DNA of 64,000 nucleotides from Owenia fusiformis (Eukaryota): NCBI GenBank assembly GCA_903813345.2, contig CAIIXF020000001.1, positions 47,306,001 to 47,370,000 of the forward strand, read 5' to 3'. Shown piece by piece: positions 61,901 to 64,000 of this stretch (position 1 is its first letter; each line of letters starts with the position of its first letter). The notes under the pieces were generated by a model. It saw only the letters and a program-made list of their open reading frames with translations, ran no database searches and was not told where the DNA came from. The position numbers and the translations under genes were made by a program.

Positions 61901-63281
61901 AACTCATAAATCTACGTTATTAAATTGATTCACAATAAGTACTATTCGTTTAGGTACAGAGGTACGAAGGAGCATCTACCATATTTGGACCCCATACACT
62001 TGAAGCTTACATCAACAAACTCAATGAACTTGCAACCTCCATGGCAAGGGTAGGTCAAATGTTAATCACTTCGTAGATTCGATAAGTATCCCAGATTCAT
62101 AATTTAACAAATCGATTTATATTCAGTCAGTTCACGCGATAGTATCATCTACATTTTGTATTCTAACTCAGGACTTCAATTTCTTGAACTCGATAACTTA
62201 TACTTATGTTTTTTGGACGTTATACTCGTATATTACCTATAATTAATTATCGAAGGGATTGGCTGTATCACCAGGCCCGAGTCCTCCAGATCTAAGAGGG
62301 CAGGTACCGGAGAACCCTGATCAACCTGCGCAATGGGACGAACCCGTGTCAGCTAGGTCATATGGGGAGGTTTTGATACAGCCGACTAATTCATACAACC
62401 AGGTCTTTTGTCTTCTTATATTATAATATAATTTATTTAGCATGATGTTTACTTATACATTTGTATATTAAATTATTTCAAAGATTGTACTCAGTGTTTC
62501 CGAAAAGTATGAAGCGGTCTATTGACAACTCTTTGGTGTATATGATAATGTCCAGGCGTCGATGGTGCACAACTAATATTGTATGTACATGTATGTGTAT
62601 AATTTATTGGGATCTTTATATGAAGAGTTACATTCATAATTTTACATAACTTATAAACATTGGCATTTCAGTATTATTGGCTATTTCGCTCAAATATGTA
62701 CCGTGATATAACCTCATTAAAACGTAACCTATTTGCCATTTTATAGGGAACCACCGTTTCTGTAACATTTGTCACTGCCAACCCAAGACATGATCTGATG
62801 GTACGCACGATGTTTAAGTACATTGAAACTAGAATAAATTGTTAACGAATTAATACAGAAGTTATACTGGACGTATTTGGGAGAACTTGAACGTGCATAT
62901 TATGACCTATTTACGAATTGTTGTTCACCTCTCACTTTGTTTAAACGAGGACCTTATACACAACTATTTTCCTCGCAGCATCTTCAAACTGCATCGGGCA
63001 AATAAATAAAAATAGTGGACCATAATGTTACACGTTTCACGTACAAGTTTTTCAAAACAGTGCTAACTTAACCTCTCTACCGTTTGCTAATGTAGGCGTG
63101 AAATTTATAATTACGTAAACCAACAGAGTACAACGTACAATAATCTGAACTGATATTTGAAAAAATTAAGTTAGTTGTGATGATGATTTATTTTTTAGAC
63201 GGATAACACATTTTTGCGAGTGGAACAAAATGTGAACGAGGCATGGCAGACAGTATTTACTGACCGTGACTGGGAAACAAG
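55985..63281 (+). CDS. ASAH2: Neutral/alkaline non-lysosomal ceramidase, predicted secreted; 17 exons in window, 3' end beyond the window
   Basis: Exons: 55985-56110, 56812-56967, 57210-57386, 58221-58348, 58532-58609, 58791-59031, 59174-59260, 59458-59550, 59749-59833, 60071-60186, 60358-60452, 60642-60681, 61060-61158, 61954-62049, 62256-62402, 62747-62800, 63199-63281, with consistent phases. Motifs: GVGIADVTGP, GYA, THTHS, NRSP, NWFAVH, NEGDISPN, MGYSFAAG.TDG, PKPILL, E.TTMAGRR, QRYEGASTIFGPHTL, ANPRHD, DWET. The symbol denotes the family; strict orthology is not shown. Confidence 0.93.
61186..61735. mobile_element. Tc1/mariner-type MITE in a ceramidase intron
   Basis: TA|CAGGGTGGGCCAAAAAA...TTTTTTGGCCCACCCTG|TA, with imperfect TIRs to about 110 bp (ttaaaccatgccatgtt / aacatggcatggtttaa). 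Confidence 0.85.
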
Positions 63282-63372
63282 GTAAATTATGAATTTGCAT
63301 TTATAATATTTGTCAAGAACTACTGTTGTTTTATTCATAAATACGAACGTTAACGTTAAACATTGATATGTA

Positions 63373-64000
63373 CAGGGTGGTCCAAAAACGTCCACCTTTA
63401 TTTTGATGTAATTTTTTGGAAAACGCATGGATTTCAATTAAATTTTGGCAGGATATGCAGACATCAATTGTGATCTCCTTTCGCCTACCAGTTACGTTTT
63501 TCTTAATGTTGAACCAATCCATCGTATCTTCCTTATCGGTTTAAATACTTCCAAATCCTTTAATTGCTATATATATGACGTGCAAGGACCTGGGGACAAT
63601 TCGGGCAATGTGGGCTGATCTCAGCTTTGAGCGTTAATCTCTGCCTCATTTAAAAAGCTAACTATGTGTTTTATATACCTTTTTGAACTATTTTTTATTT
63701 GCATTTCAGTGAAATTATTTTTCCTTCAAAATTTTGATGGGATCCTACATATTTTTAAAGTTAAATATACCCCGACATCGTCAAATACGCTGTAAGACGT
63801 AACACTTTGCGCTTACGGGGCTCGTTGAAATTGGGATAACTTTTGAAATAATGATCAAAATCGCACTAAAATTTCACATTTTATTCAATCGAACATGTGC
63901 ATTTCACTCAAAACCACTTAAGTGTGAAATTAATTTTGTTAAAAAGTGAAAAAAATTCTAAAATGTTTTTTTCAAATAGACATATAGTATATATCTGTAT
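63373..64000. mobile_element. Probable left end of another Tc1/mariner-type element, cut by the window edge
   Basis: TA|CAGGGTGGTCCAAAAA start resembles the other CAGGGTG elements. No right TIR is visible. Confidence 0.4.

Overview
AT-rich, intron-rich eukaryotic genomic DNA, most consistent with an invertebrate animal (species not determinable from the sequence). I assembled four spliced protein-coding genes by hand from GT-AG boundaries with consistent intron phases. (1) 206-3383, minus strand: a 303-aa secreted precursor with a signal peptide and three near-identical 255-bp exons. Each exon encodes an 8-cysteine peptide (C-C-CC-C-CC-C) between RSTR and KR cleavage sites. It looks like a multi-copy toxin/defence-peptide precursor that I do not recognise, and it is the best novelty candidate. 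(2, 3) Two tandem, intact 10-exon carotenoid oxygenase (BCO/RPE65 family) paralogs on the minus strand, 8802-36881 and 40001-50598. (4) A divergently transcribed neutral ceramidase on the plus strand, from 55985 and running off the window. Introns and intergenic DNA are full of mobile elements: a DD41D Tc1/mariner relic, many MITEs and foldbacks, two LINE fragments, a 7.7-kb TIR element nested in a LINE tail, a tRNA-derived SINE-like head, and a 4.9-kb foldback-like structure carrying a 348-bp satellite with a 1039-bp internal higher-order period. No rRNA, true tRNA or CRISPR array was seen.
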